Assembly (NCBI RefSeq): GCF_040938485.1
Contig: NW_027271056.1
Location: forward strand, 2,728,001-2,792,000
Reading direction: 5' to 3'
DNA: 64,000 nt
DNA from: Diadema antillarum
Taxonomy: Eukaryota
The position numbers and the translations under genes are program-made. The notes beneath the pieces were generated by a model. That model saw only the letters and a list, made by a program, of their open reading frames with translations, did no database searches and was not told where the DNA came from. Below, piece by piece: positions 11,410 through 24,615 of this stretch; position 1 is the first letter of the stretch, and every line of letters starts with the position of its first letter.

Positions 11410-14400
11410 CTACAATAACACTCTCCTGTGGCCAGTGTGAGATCACACACTGTCAGTGTAAACAGTTTTGCTTCCATCTTCCAAACACATTATGATACTG
11501 TTTGGAGGCAACCTCTCTTCTGTTTTCTTAGTCTCCTTTCAAGCTGTCATCCTGTCATTTAGCTCATTCTAAGAAACAAAAGATACCCAACTTCAATTCT
11601 GACATTCATTGTTTGCAATGCACATGTAGCATGTAACTCTACCATTTGCTAATAAAAGTTATGATCGACACTTCAAAAATGTGTCCACGATATCATCATT
11701 TTCTATTCAAGTGTGTAACTATTTGTCTAGAAATATGTCAAAGGTAATACTAAAACATTATCACAAATAGGTAGATATATCATGAAAAAAAAAAGAATAC
11801 ATACACAAATCGCTCCTCTTTGTGACTACCCATGTACAAGAATTTTAGCATCCTCCTGGCACTATGGTAGAAGCTGATGCAACCCTTACTCATGAAGATG
11901 GAAATTTGATGATTTCGCTTTTAAAGTTTCTTCTCAGTTTTTCATTTTCTCCATTTTCCCTTCTCAAGTCCATATCCCATCCCAAAGCATCTCTTTTTCT
12001 GTCGCCCTCTCTCTTTCTCCCTCACCTACCACCAACTCCGTATGCGCTCCGTCTCATTTTTTCGCCTGTCCAATCTCAAACAATCTCGGCTCGCCTCACT
12101 GGGCACTGCCCCCCCTCCCCCTCCCCCCTCCCCCCCCCCCCCCCCCCCCCCACGCACCCTTCAAGGAGCTCTACAGAGAGGAAGACAGGGAGAGGAAGAA
12201 GAGATGTCTTCGTGTCGTCATTGATTATCACTGCCATCCAATTAAAGATGATTCAGGCATTTAGCGCAAGGATGGACAGGTTCAAGGCTGGCTTGGCTGT
12301 GGGGAGGGCGAGGGTGCTGTGTTCATATCTCCTCCGCAAAGTCTGACTTTCTCTAAATGACCAGACTCCATCCAGAGAGATAAAAACACCTCGATATGGG
12401 GCCCCACGCAATATTTTGTTTTGATGCATACACAAGCACACACATACACTCAAACATACACAAGCACACACATACACACAGATACAAACATGCATATACA
12501 ATGTACATAAAGCTGCATTAATACACCTACTGCAAATAACTACAGGATAAAGAAAAAGACATTGATTTCTGAAAATAGTAACTTTAGCCACATCAACATG
12601 ACTGGGCTTGAAGGATATTAACCATAAATGTGGTCATGCAATCATTTTAAAAAGACAATTACTCAACACTAATCCTCGGCTTTATACTGCATATCATGTA
12701 CTAAGCTGTACAATGGAAGGTATGTGAGTAAAGGCTCTTTGTTTGCTGCAATAACATATTCTAGGAATACATGTAGTCTAGAGATCATTAATGAGAAGTG
12801 CAACAATTATGACAAATCAATTCTGGATAATCTATGCCTCATATATCTAGAACTACGAGACAAAAGCACAGTTGAGTTTCTCTCCTACAAACTTTGGCCA
12901 TTATCTGTGTTCTACACCATCTCAGGAAAGAAAACTTGCAAGGGAAATAAGAGAAAGTCAATCTCACATAGAATAATTCCAGAAAATGTCATTGTTTTAA
13001 TGCCCTATGATATCTTTCCCATCATAGCCAAGGACTTACTGAAGAAAGAGCCCCATTTGCACAAAAAGACAGAGCCCATAACTGACAATCACTCTCATCA
13101 CCTAAAGACATCTCGCGAGTCATTTAGCCCCCAAAATATGGACCATTAGCTCTGAATGTCAATGAGCGGCCATAAATCTGGATATCGCCCTCTATCAATT
13201 TGCCCCCATGCAGGAAAAGGGTAAACTGCATACACGGGCTTAGTTCAGACTAGGGGTGAGCCCATCAAAAACTCCCTGATAGACCACTAGTGCCTTAAAT
13301 AGACACCAGGGAATGAATGAGGTGTTAGAGAGACCTACAGTCACGCTCCCTTATGGGAATACACACAGAGTTTCAATGCACGAGTGTCCATCTTCTAGCT
13401 CTCATTTTAGTTTGATAAAAAACAAGAAATAATCAACAACAAACACAAAAACACAGTTTTCATCTTTCTATTGAGAACATTTTTTCTTCAGACCTGTTCT
13501 TGGTATATAGCTACAAATAGAGTAGTACTACATTTTTTGCATGTCCTCCTAAACGAATAAATATGTCTGTGCCTAAATATTGGAGAAAAATGAAAATAAG
13601 TGAAATTTCTTACAAAACTGGTGGAGACCCCCTGAACAACAGCATCATACAGAGTTGCCATTTTGCCTTAGTCTCTACACTTATACTGTAAGTATTTACA
13701 TGACCTTTACATCATGTGTCCATTTTTTCTCAATCATTCACTGACCTGCCTCTCTAAATTTTCTACATGTACTTTCATGCCTAGCACCACAATACTAGGT
13801 TGGACTTGCCCTTTTAAGACCGCATTACTCTCCATGGTAATAGCTTTTTAAGATAGCTGCTGGATTTTGTTAAATTGTAGAGCTGACATATTATCATATT
13901 CGTCAGAATCTACTTTCTCTCCATGGTGACTGACAAGCAGACTGTGGCTAACAAGGTCTTGTAATATTCTATTTCGAGAGATGGAAGTTTCAAAATAAGG
14001 CTAATGAGCATAACACTGATGAAAAATGCCACCTCCAGATTCTGGTGCTGGTATTTGCATCAAAAATTTACTGGCACAGGGGGATCGATGGATGGTTGTT
14101 GATACTTCCTACAATCATAAAAGGAGAAAAAAATCGCTAAACCCTTCATACTGACGAGAATCTCATGCCTTCATCATCATTAAGCACAAAATACAATGCT
14201 TGTATATTAAGAAACATATCTGCATACATTACATTATGCATAATTAGTTTGGAAAGACGGCAGACAACCATATCAAACCACTCATGCTGAGCGATGTAAG
14301 TGGGCTAGAACCTACGGCAGAAATGAACTGAAAATTATCATAAACACTATGTAAACTACTACATGCACAAAAAAAAAAAGCATGGAAAATTTGATTGGAA

Positions 14401-15890
14401 TTCTGCATACACGAAGTCATGTTCCTCGTCATTCACACATGGTTGAACACAGAATTACGAAACCAAAATGAAATGTCAGCATCTTCATTTCACTTCTTTT
14501 ATACACAAAAAAAAATGGACTTCTGGTTTCATACATACACAGACTACAGTAAGTAATCAAACTGTGTGCTGAGGGTTGCTGCTTGAGGGAGTGTGTTCAC
14601 TAGGGAGATAAATTTATTTCTAAAAAGAAATTACAAACGAAACAAAACAAGGAGATGAGTGTATTTGCATAACTTGCACGAAAGTCCGTCTAAAAAATCA
14701 AACACATTTGGGCTGTTATACACGTATGTGGCTACGCCACGCACCCTTGAAATTATCTCAAGTATCACAGCGTCCGACTAAAATGCTGCATCCCACTTTC
14801 AAGCACCCTTCAGAGACATATTAATTCCACCCTATACAAACATTCCCTGGCCGAAACATACTACCACAAACCAACCATCTTTTCCTCGGCAGCATCTCTC
14901 CCTCTCTCAGACTCCTCTGACTCCCTCCCTCTCTGTGGAGAGCCGTCCTACATGGACATTCATTCCCCTGGCAGCTGAGCCAACAGCGCCAGGACCAAGG
15001 GGTACCTGTGACTCGATCGATTTCCGTCTTGTACAAACACAGCAAACAGATACCTTCCTTCCGAGCCGTGCGGTCTGTAATTTGCGAACATTGATTTTTG
15101 CTCTTTTTCTTCCCCTGTTCTGACACTCTCAGATATGTAGGAGGAAGATCTCTTTCTGCCAAGTTTACAATGAGCATGGAATATCTTTTTTTTTATCCAT
15201 TGTGAAATTGCATATTTTTTTTCCCCACCATATCTGAGAAACTGTACTGTGAAACTTCAGTGATGTTGAGGGAAAATATTGATGCACAGCAAGAAAGGTG
15301 TTTGTTGTTTGTCACCAGATGAAGGTACTTGGGATGATTTCCATGGTCACGATGATAACAAATGAGAAAATAAAATTGCATAACTATTCTAATACAGATG
15401 ACAGAAGCAATAAGGGGACCGTCCACGAAAGGAAAAAAAAAGAATACTGGTGGCAATTATGATCAGATTTCTTCCATTTTGCCTTCAGTTCTTTCTTCGT
15501 TCTTCATCAATACTTGTAAAAATACATGTAAAAGGCCGATATTTCTCAACATATCTAATACAAATTAGTACCTCTTAAAAACGTCCCATACATGAGATAT
15601 ACATGTAATGTTTCCGTGTCAGATGTCAAAGCGTATGTAGGTTTGCGTGTGTGTGTGTGGGGGGGGGGGGGGGCTTGGTACGATGCCTCCTTCCTAATCT
15701 AAGTCCGTCATTCCATCCTTCCATCTTTCTTTAATATCAACTTCCTTCTTTCTTTTTCATCATCGGTTACATGTATATTTCAAACATAAATTTTCTGTTT
15801 GTCACAAAATATACACATAGGACTTCAATTTCTTCTTGCAATACAGTATATCCAGCGAAATTCATGTAACTTCCCACTCCCCTATCCTGA

Positions 15891-15894
<4 letters not shown>

Positions 15895-15938
<44 letters not shown>
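15895..15938. repeat. (AC)22 microsatellite
   Basis: Perfect dinucleotide run. Confidence 0.95.
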
Positions 15939-15941
<3 letters not shown>

Positions 15942-16479
15942 TACCATCCCGCCTCTTTGGCAAGAAAAAAACCCCCAAAAAACAGAGTGTGTATAGCGTG
16001 TGTATATCAAGTTCAGCTGAAGGTCCCCCTGCCTATGCCATATCACTTATCCCTCCATCACTCATCCCTGCATTGCCGGCAATCCACGAGAGTCTTAATT
16101 ATTGTCTACGAAGAATCGCCGGATTACCCTTCAGATCCCTGCGATTGGCCATCTAAAGTGATGACATGGTGGGCAAACACGAAGGGCACACAAGGAAGTG
16201 ACTGTGCTGCTCCCGGAGAAAATAAAGCAACACTTGTCTGCTCCCCTCCGTGCTGAAAGAGGAGAAAGCCTTAACCCAAAAGATGCCAACAGCTTCCAGA
16301 ATGAAGATGCTTGGAGAACACAGTAGCCTCATTGTACAAGATTTCCCCTTGCATAGTATCAGGACATGGCTATGCCAAGTATGTGGGCACCCTGTGTCAT
16401 GATACTGCGGATGTGTGTGTGTGTACTTATATTGTATGTTTTCTATTTAAAGGGATAGATGACCTGTGTGATGTCAATA

Positions 16480-16666
16480 TACTGTAAAGCAAGATTTTTT
16501 CATGGCATGACATGTTCGCGAATTGGAGCCGACGGCCTTTTTCGCAGCATGAACTTTGCGCGAATTGCCACTGGCATTCTTTGCCTATAGTGCAGACAAG
16601 AACTTAAGCGTGCTTTTTGATTTTTCGAAGCTTGGCTCTCGTGAAAATAATTGATTTTTATCTATA
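16480..16666. mobile_element. Degenerate TA-flanked MITE of a related TACTGTAAA family
   Basis: Begins tactgtaaagcaagattttt. The interior is CpG-rich with ttcgcg/cgcgaa motifs. The degenerate right end reads gtgaaaataattgatttttatctata. Confidence 0.5.
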
Positions 16667-17898
16667 AATTTGTCTTTTACTAGTACTTCCCCTAGAAACA
16701 TAAAAAAAGCCAAAGTTATCCTTACATCACTACACAATTGTCTCCAGTTATTCTAAATTATTTCTACCTTCTGCTTTTCCGGCAGATTAACGAAAGGGCC
16801 GAGGTTTGCTCCTCCTGATACATCATCATGCAAATCCAAATCAGGTCTGACAATCGGGCAGGTGCTGCGCGCATGTCATATTCAAGTGTTTACCTCAGTG
16901 GGCATCATGTTCGCTCCAACTCATGAATCTTAACTGATACACCCAGACAATATTAATGACCTGTGTCTCTAGGCGTCGCCGTGTTGAAATATGCAATGTC
17001 TGAAGCTTTGTTTCGAGAAACACATCCCTGAAAATTGACTGAAAGTAAAAAGAAAGAAATGAAAGAAAGGAGGGGAAGGTAAAAAGCAAGTTTTTCTTTT
17101 TTTTTGTGCCGATTCTATGCAATCATGCTTGAGACTTCAAAGTTAATTTAAACTCAGAGGACACAGAGCACATGACAGAATTGCTACCATGGTAACAGTG
17201 CCGTTTCTTGTAAAGAGCCATCCCAGGGAGCCTAGCCGGACTGGTCAAGGATTAGATAGTGGCCTACCATGCCTGATAGGACACGTCGCAATCGATTCTC
17301 TGCATGACTGTGAGTGACGTGAGAGGCGGGGATTTACACAGGGCCTCTCTCTAGCAAGCCAGGACGTGCTATTGATGGTTGCAGTGATAACCAGTTGAGA
17401 ATCCTTGGTTCTGTGTCACAATCTGTCCGACTGAAGGCTGGATGTTGCAAGATTCATCAAGGATACAGTTACAGGGAAAAACGTGCAAACAGGTAATGTT
17501 TTACTACATTGGTTGAATTCTTGTTTTTCACCTTGACAAGCCCCAGCATTTATTTTTTGTTTTTTATCACTCTGTATATGTTTGAAAGTCACCTGTATCA
17601 CCTTATAATTTCCATTAAAGTCTGCCAGTTCTTCTACCATCAGAAATATACCTATTATGATCGACAGCCTCCTGACTCATTTAATTGGAATTACTGCTAA
17701 AGCGTCCAGTTGTCAACAATTAACCAAATCAACAGACAGTTTGAGGTTCAGAACAATCTAACCATTTTGAAGAAGAGTTAAAAAGGACAATGCACTGGGA
17801 AGAGCTTCCCTTGTGATATTGAAAGACCAAGATCCTTAATTGTTCTGCACTAATTTCCCCATGAAAGAGTCAAGCTAGGTCTAAGTATACAAAAAAAA

Positions 17899-17900
<2 letters not shown>

Positions 17901-17932
<32 letters not shown>
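17901..17932. repeat. (GT)16 microsatellite preceded by A10
   Basis: Perfect dinucleotide run. Confidence 0.95.
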
Positions 17933-17934
<2 letters not shown>

Positions 17935-19442
17935 AATTGCGTGGGTGGGGGAGGAGCAGGTAGGGTAGATGGATATTCACACTTAGTTCACATCAGCTGT
18001 AGATAAAGACCCTGGTCTGGGCAGACACATGTCCAGGTGTAATCTCCTCCACTCGGCTCCATCGGGCCGATGAATTATTTCACTGTCTCGTCTCATCTGT
18101 CACGGACACATTGCTCCTTCACATCCTTTTCACTCTCTCATTTCTCAACCTTCTTCTTTTCTTCCATGTCCATATAGTCCTTTCTTGTATTCCACTTATA
18201 ATTTCATCAGTTTTTCATTTCCTATCAATGATTCAATTTAATGTTGCTGCTGTCATCTGCTCTTTTTTGCCAAGTACTCTATCTGCATCAGACTTTTCCC
18301 TCCAAATTACTTCTGACTTTTGTTCCATTTTATGCCTCTGAAATGTTTCAAATATACAACCATTATTTGCGTGGACTGACTCATTAAATTATGATTCTTA
18401 TTCCTATTCTTCCCTTGTTCTCAAATTCGTCTATTCCTCTTGTTCATATAATTCAGTGTTACTCCTATGATCATCTCTTCTTTATTTGCATCAGCTTCTT
18501 GTTTGCATCAATCACAAGAGAGTTCAAATCACATCTTGTCTTTATAATAAAAGATATAAACATACAACAATGCAACAAGATCACAGTCACATCAAAACTA
18601 CAAATCTTCCCTCCTTCTAAACTTACTCACACAGACAGACAGACAGACACACAGACAGACACACATATGCACCCACACTTTTGATGCATCTAAAACTGTT
18701 CGTTGAGTCCCAATTATTGACAATGTGTCTGCTATATATTGGCTATTTAGGCTCTCTCTCGCTTTTTTCCTTTTTTTCTTTGTCTACCATTTTTTTTTGG
18801 GGGGGGGGGGGGTAGGTTGTTTCTTTTTTTTCTTCCACCTATACCTGCATTTCATTCAATCCATAATCAACTTCTACATAATGGTATACACAATGTTTAC
18901 CAACGTTTGTTTTGTGGATGGGCGAGGGATAAAAACCAAAGCCCACACTAGTTAATCAAACTCTCACTGCACCAATTAGCCAGGTACATAGGGGAAGCGG
19001 CATGAGTCAATGTATCGCAGCTCTCTTCCGAGACTGATGGGTTTCACAAATTGAGATGAAAAAGATGGGAATTCTCCCTCCGAAAAAGAGTGTTTACGCA
19101 GTCATGGCAATCTATCTTAGGTTGGTTCAATTGTTGCTGACTCAGAAAGTTAGCATGCTTGTTAGCTGCATTGACTGAGCAAGGTTTGAGAATACAAACT
19201 CATCTAATCAGCACTGTATCTCTGGCTACATACGATAAAGGTAAGGTAAGGCGTGAGTGTGCAAGCCAAGTACTTCATTTTCTTACAAATTCACTCAGCC
19301 AGCAGAGAAATGCCATACTGCATCCAGGGAGAAAGAGAGAGAGAAAAAAAATCTTGGACTGACTCACAATGTGAAACCTCTTGAATGGAACAATGGGTCA
19401 GTGCTTGCAGACCAACCTATTCTCACTTTGTGGCTGAGAACG

Positions 19443-19456
19443 GTTGCCACGGAAAC
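19443..19456. promoter_or_regulatory. Candidate RFX X-box
   Basis: GTTGCCACGGAAAC matches the RFX consensus GTTNCC-AT-GGNAAC apart from the AC spacer. It lies about 35 nt into the intron after the 19492-19657 exon of a ciliary gene. Confidence 0.4.
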
Positions 19457-19491
19457 GTGGAAATGGAAAAGAGGTAGCCGGCATGACTCAC

Positions 19492-19657
19492 TTTGTTTCA
19501 TCTAACGTCATGAACTCCATGGAGCTGTCGCGGTTCTCCTTGTTGTCCTTGTTGTTGTTGGGAATGTGGCCATTGCTGTAGATGCCTGTTGATGTGATGG
19601 GGGGTTCCAGCTCGTCCCCTTCCTCCAGGGCGCGGTTGACCTCGTCGAACGTGACGA
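19492..19657 (-). CDS. CFAP410: CFAP410 coding exon (166 nt), end of N-terminal domain plus linker
   Basis: Acceptor ccgctgtccatccag|TC GTC ACG; the phase-1 junction gives DNI-V-VTFDEVNRALEEGDEL (human [20 protein letters not shown]). Donor ACA AA|gtgagt, phase 2. GC-rich relative to its flanks. Confidence 0.93.
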
Positions 19658-21955
19658 CTGGATGGACAGCGGAGGCGGGATGAGGCAGGAATATGGATGG
19701 AGAGGATGAGGGGGAGGGAGATGAGATGGGAGGAAAGATGTTATTAATGATGGCAAAGACAGAGATGTGCAAAGAAAAAAAAATGAAAAAAAGATGAGAT
19801 GTAAGAAGCGTTATAAAAAAATGGATACCAGATGAGTAATGGGAGAGGAGAAAGATGAATGGACAAGCAGAAGTAGATGTATTTAGTATTAAAGTTTATT
19901 GCAGGTGGGAAAGGTAGAGAGAAATGACAATAAAAAAATAGGGAATGGAATGAAAAGAATCGGGAAGAAAAGAACAATAAAGAGACATAAGCAACATGAA
20001 TTGCTACAATATATTATACATCATTCAATCATCCTAAATACCTGTTTACAAAAGACAATTATGAAATACAGCAATGCGTCCGCGCATTGATGTGGTAAAA
20101 TATGAACTTAACAGCAGTAAACACTACATTAATGCTACACTGTACCACCTCCATCAAAGGAGCTCAAGGTCCTACAGGCGATTATGGTAAATGCCTCAGC
20201 AGCAGTATGTTTCACACTAGGCACATGAAACGCTATTTACATGAATCGGGTAGTCGCATCGCCATGGCAGACATAACTCGGAGCGCTGTCGATCCCAACA
20301 GTGTGACGTTTCCCCCCCTCTCACGCTCCTTCCCTCTCCGTCATCATGAATAGATGCGGCTGGCCCGTTCTCCGCTCACTCCTCCCGTTTGACTGCACCT
20401 GTGTGACGACCACTGGCGGTTGACAAACACGGCGCGACGCCACCAAGAGTGACGAGACAAGAGAATGCAAGGGCTTTCGCTCACATCCATCCAGTGCCGG
20501 CCTTGAATTCAGAGCATGGCGAGTGCATTTGCAAGATCCCACTGTTCATTTTGCCAACCAATTTTGCGCGTAATGCTCACCCATCTCTCCCTCCCTCTCT
20601 CTCTACTCTCACTCTCTCTCTTCCTCTTCCACTTTCTCTCTCATAATAGATTGGTATCTGCATCTAGGCTTGCCAAAATGCATGAGTTTTCACATGTTAA
20701 GTCCAATTCCACATCTCTTCTCACTCCCTGATCACATTTCAATAAGCCAAAAGTTAACACCAAAGTTACTGATATATGGTATGACATCCACTTCATTAAA
20801 TGATGCATCAGGCTGCTCAGCGTAAAAGATTAACAACAAAATGTCAGGGTTCATCATTCATCTAAACATTAAATGCATTGCATATCATCTTAAGCTTCCT
20901 TAAGCTCAGCCATTTACATATTTTTCCCTCTGACAAATGAAATATACCAGCATGAGGCAACAGTTGGGGAAACACAATAATTCACTTTAATCAATTAGTT
21001 TTGCAGAGTTCGTTTAATTTTTCCACTTTTTTTTTCATTTGCTCTCTTTTTATCAGACGAAAAGTGAAATATTGATGTATATATGGCATCTTCTTCTTCT
21101 TTTTCTTTTTAAAAGGAAGGACACATTGTTGTGTTGTTGTTTTTTCTCCCATCACACAACAAACTGCTCTCTTAGGTTCTTCAGTGGAACCCACTTCAAC
21201 ACTCCAAGCTGATGCAGCATGGGAATGTATACATCTTTAACCCCACCCCCTTCCCCCCCCCCCAAAAAAAAAGACAGAAAAAGAAAGAAAGACTGCTTAA
21301 TCATGTCCTCATTCATGCAGAGTCAAGCTTGGAGAGTGACACACTTGCATCCCTCCCAAACCCCACCCCACCCCTCCCCCTCAGCTCTCTCCCTCTCCCT
21401 CCTCTCCTGTCCAACTCTTCAAGTGGGTACCATTGACGTCTTGTGAGCGGGTTCCTCCTCAGCTCTACTCAAACACTTGACCCTCGGGTCTCCCATGACA
21501 AGAATTTGCTTGCAAACTTGCCAGGATATCGATTTCATGATCCACCACGGGGTGTCACACGCCCTCACACTGGGAGCAATCCGTCCCACTTTGACCCCAT
21601 GGGGTCACATGGTCATCACACAAAAGATACAGAGCCGAAAATATGCGGACACCGGCACAATGTGGATACGCAGACTGAGGGCTCCACATCCAATTTACAC
21701 TCGGTATAACAACAATGCCTGCGTAAGTGTTTCCTATCGGAGAATTCTTTTATACAAAGAATGACAGAATCGAAGTACCAACTGATAATTAAAATCAACA
21801 TGGTTCTGGAGTGCTTTTAGCGAGTAATCAAGGATAACATCACCCTAGCACACCTAAATATGGATTGGATGAGATGGTCGCTTTCTGATAGTTCTTGCTT
21901 TCAATGAAAGCTCATAATGTGTTCATGAAGAATTACTCTAGTGATGAAATCTTAA

Positions 21956-22036
21956 CCCGTTGAGGACGGTTTGATTTTGCTACAGATGCATTTCCCATAG
22001 ACGCTTGCCCAATACTTGGGACTCGTCGTTAACGGG
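21956..22036. mobile_element. piggyBac-like MITE, same family as 1533-1617, opposite orientation
   Basis: TTAA|CCCGTTGAGGAC...GTCGTTAACGGG|TTTA. Its reverse complement matches the 1533 copy along the internal sequence (gagtccc.agtat...gggcaag.gtctatgggaaatgc..tgtagcaaaat). Confidence 0.78.
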
Positions 22037-23755
22037 TTTATACAATGTTTAAGTCAGTGGGAACAAGTCTGTTTATTAGGTGAATGTCTGTCCAAGGAGA
22101 TACTTCATGCACTTGCTATCGACAAAACAGAGATATTTTGCATATATTCACTCTTTAGTCTCCGAAATCCTACAGCATACTCATAGTGAAAATCCAACAT
22201 ACCCTATTATGCATTCTGAAGACCATTATAGAGGGTAACTCTGGCAGCCCACCTCAACTGTTGCCTCAGGCTTCTATGTGGTGTTGATAAATCACAAATG
22301 ACTGATGCATGCAAATGATATTCTACCTCCAGGACTACAAAATTGAAAGAAGGCAAAAAAGGAAGGTAAGAGTAACCAATGTATGCAAAACAAATTCCAT
22401 CTCGCTAACACACAAAGCCATAAGAGGACTGTAAAAAGGGTGGAAACGCTCATCTCAGCCATAAACATCCATGGATTCTGAACCAATCAACGGCGCGGCG
22501 TCTTGACGCGGATCATCTCTGTTGCTCTTCCTCTTGTTCGGCTCCTTGACAACCGCCCTAATGTACCTATCGGCCCCCCAAAAGACATCCATCCTGATCA
22601 TCATCAACAACAGAAAAAAAGAAAAAAACCCCGGCTGTCATCTGGCCACTTGCAGGGGGAGTGCATCGACGTCTTCTTCGCACCAACCTGTTACAGCGGG
22701 TATTAATAAACACCCTGTCGGGCCCGTCTGGCACATGACACCTGTCCAATCAGTGCACTCCAATCTCGTCTTCAGAGAGAACCTCCTCATTCGTTTATCG
22801 CCAGATTGGATTCATCCATCTGTCCGTAACCTGTCTCCGCATTAAGGAGAGGATCTACCTAATGTATTCACATGTCACAGATGCAATCACTTTGGCTTCT
22901 TTCTAATATTAAGTAACTACAAATGTATACTTTGCCTTAATGATGATTTTTCTTTCTGTTTTCATTATCATTCACGCCTTAAAAAATAAAGACTTTGATG
23001 TTGATATGATCTTAAAAAAAAAATACCAACAACATGGGCCTTAAAAAACAATTTCAGCAGGTGGGTAATAACCAATCACTTGTAAGTACTAGAATTGCTA
23101 CTATGGTTCCTGCATATTTGTTTACATATCCACTAAATTTGTAAAATCTCTACTAAATTTTGGATCTTGACATTCAATTCACTTTCCAGTGCATCATGGT
23201 TACAAAGAGAGACACGAGAAAGAGGGGGGGGGGGGAGGGAGGGAGAGAAAAAAAACAAAATCATGCATTTTTCATATATTCTCCTTTGTGACCATGGAGT
23301 ATCTGCATAATGCACAAAAAAAAGCACACAAAACATGCAGATATGCCTTCAAAACGTTTCCAGCAGCTAAGCAAATTGCTTTCCAGAGATATTGGCCACC
23401 TACTCATCAAGAGCCTCCAAGCCATGTATAGCATTTAGCATAGCAAAGGGAATGCTTTTTTTTTTCTTGCATGCCTGAATTGGGAAATGAAAGAAAACAC
23501 TTTGAGGTAGTGTAATATGGCAGGAGTGTGTTGTTGATTTGGTTCAGGATAAGAATTGTGTGGATGCAGCTAAAACTTTACCAAATGCCACAGTGTTCTT
23601 CAACCATGTACAATTTACTTTTCACATCAGCAGGAAAATTTGAAAGTTGTTATCATTATGGTCAAATTCTTCTATTTTGCAGGTAATCTTCTTTAAAAAA
23701 AATCCTCCAAAACTTATGAAGTGAAAATGACAGTTTTACAACATTCTAAGCAGTA

Positions 23756-24242
23756 TACTGTAAAGCTGAAATTTTCATACATAGATATTTTAGCAAACTG
23801 CTACTTGTCAGACAATTTTGCATGCTGCTAATTTCATAGTTGCAAGAGTCTAGTTACCATTACTTCACCTTTCACAAAACAAATAAGAATGACTAAAAAA
23901 CGTCAATACTAGTACTAGATGCTTTTACTCAGTGAATTCCTTGTATATAAACAAGTAGTGCATCCTGCAATCAAAGTTCTGTACTAGCATATTGTTATGC
24001 CCCCGATATCACTGCGTCATGTCCCACGCTGCGTGCCAGACTTACAATACTTACTAGTTGTGTGCAATCCAGCACAGGCATGGCTTGATTTTCTCCGATA
24101 TGTTTCATCTTAAAGAAATTATATTCTTGCGTGCTGTTTTCATATATTTCCATATTTGCATATTGTTATTTTTGTAGTTCACAGGCGAGTCATGAAATTT
24201 GCAAATAATAGAACTACCATGAAAGTTTAAGCTTGAAGAGTA
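23756..24242. mobile_element. Probable degenerate TACTGTAAA-type non-autonomous element
   Basis: Left end tactgtaaagctgaaattttcat. The right end atgaaagtttaagcttgaagagta is an imperfect reverse complement of it. Confidence 0.4.
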
Positions 24243-24483
24243 TAGGAACAATGAGCTTTGCTATTGCTGGGAACAATTAAAACGTATGTAAACCAAACAT
24301 TCTTGAACAATATCAATGGTATGTGACTGTCCTGTCTTCAAACTTATACTAACTCTTCCTTCCACTTGGGATAAAGACAACTTCAAAAGTGAGATTTTAA
24401 AGTGGTGTCTACAAACTGCTGCTACTCTAAGTTTATAATAAATGGCTTCAGCAGCATGCTCAAAAACTGTCAGGCAACCACCC

Positions 24484-24615
24484 NNNNNNNNNNNNNNNNN
24501 NNNNNNNNNNNNNNNNNNNNNNNNNNNNNNNNNNNNNNNNNNNNNNNNNNNNNNNNNNNNNNNNNNNNNNNNNNNNNNNNNNNNNNNNNNNNNNNNNNNN
24601 NNNNNNNNNNNNNNN
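24484..24615. other. Assembly gap (132 N)
   Basis: A run of n characters. The three X-containing ORFs across it are artefacts. Confidence 1.

Noticed and set aside
11864-12346. 160-aa + strand ORF with poly-Pro
   Set aside because: Derives from a poly-C homopolymer and CT-rich tracts.
23502-23520. TGAGGTAGT, let-7 seed-like (also at about 31614)
   Set aside because: The match stops after 9 nt and there is no precursor hairpin.
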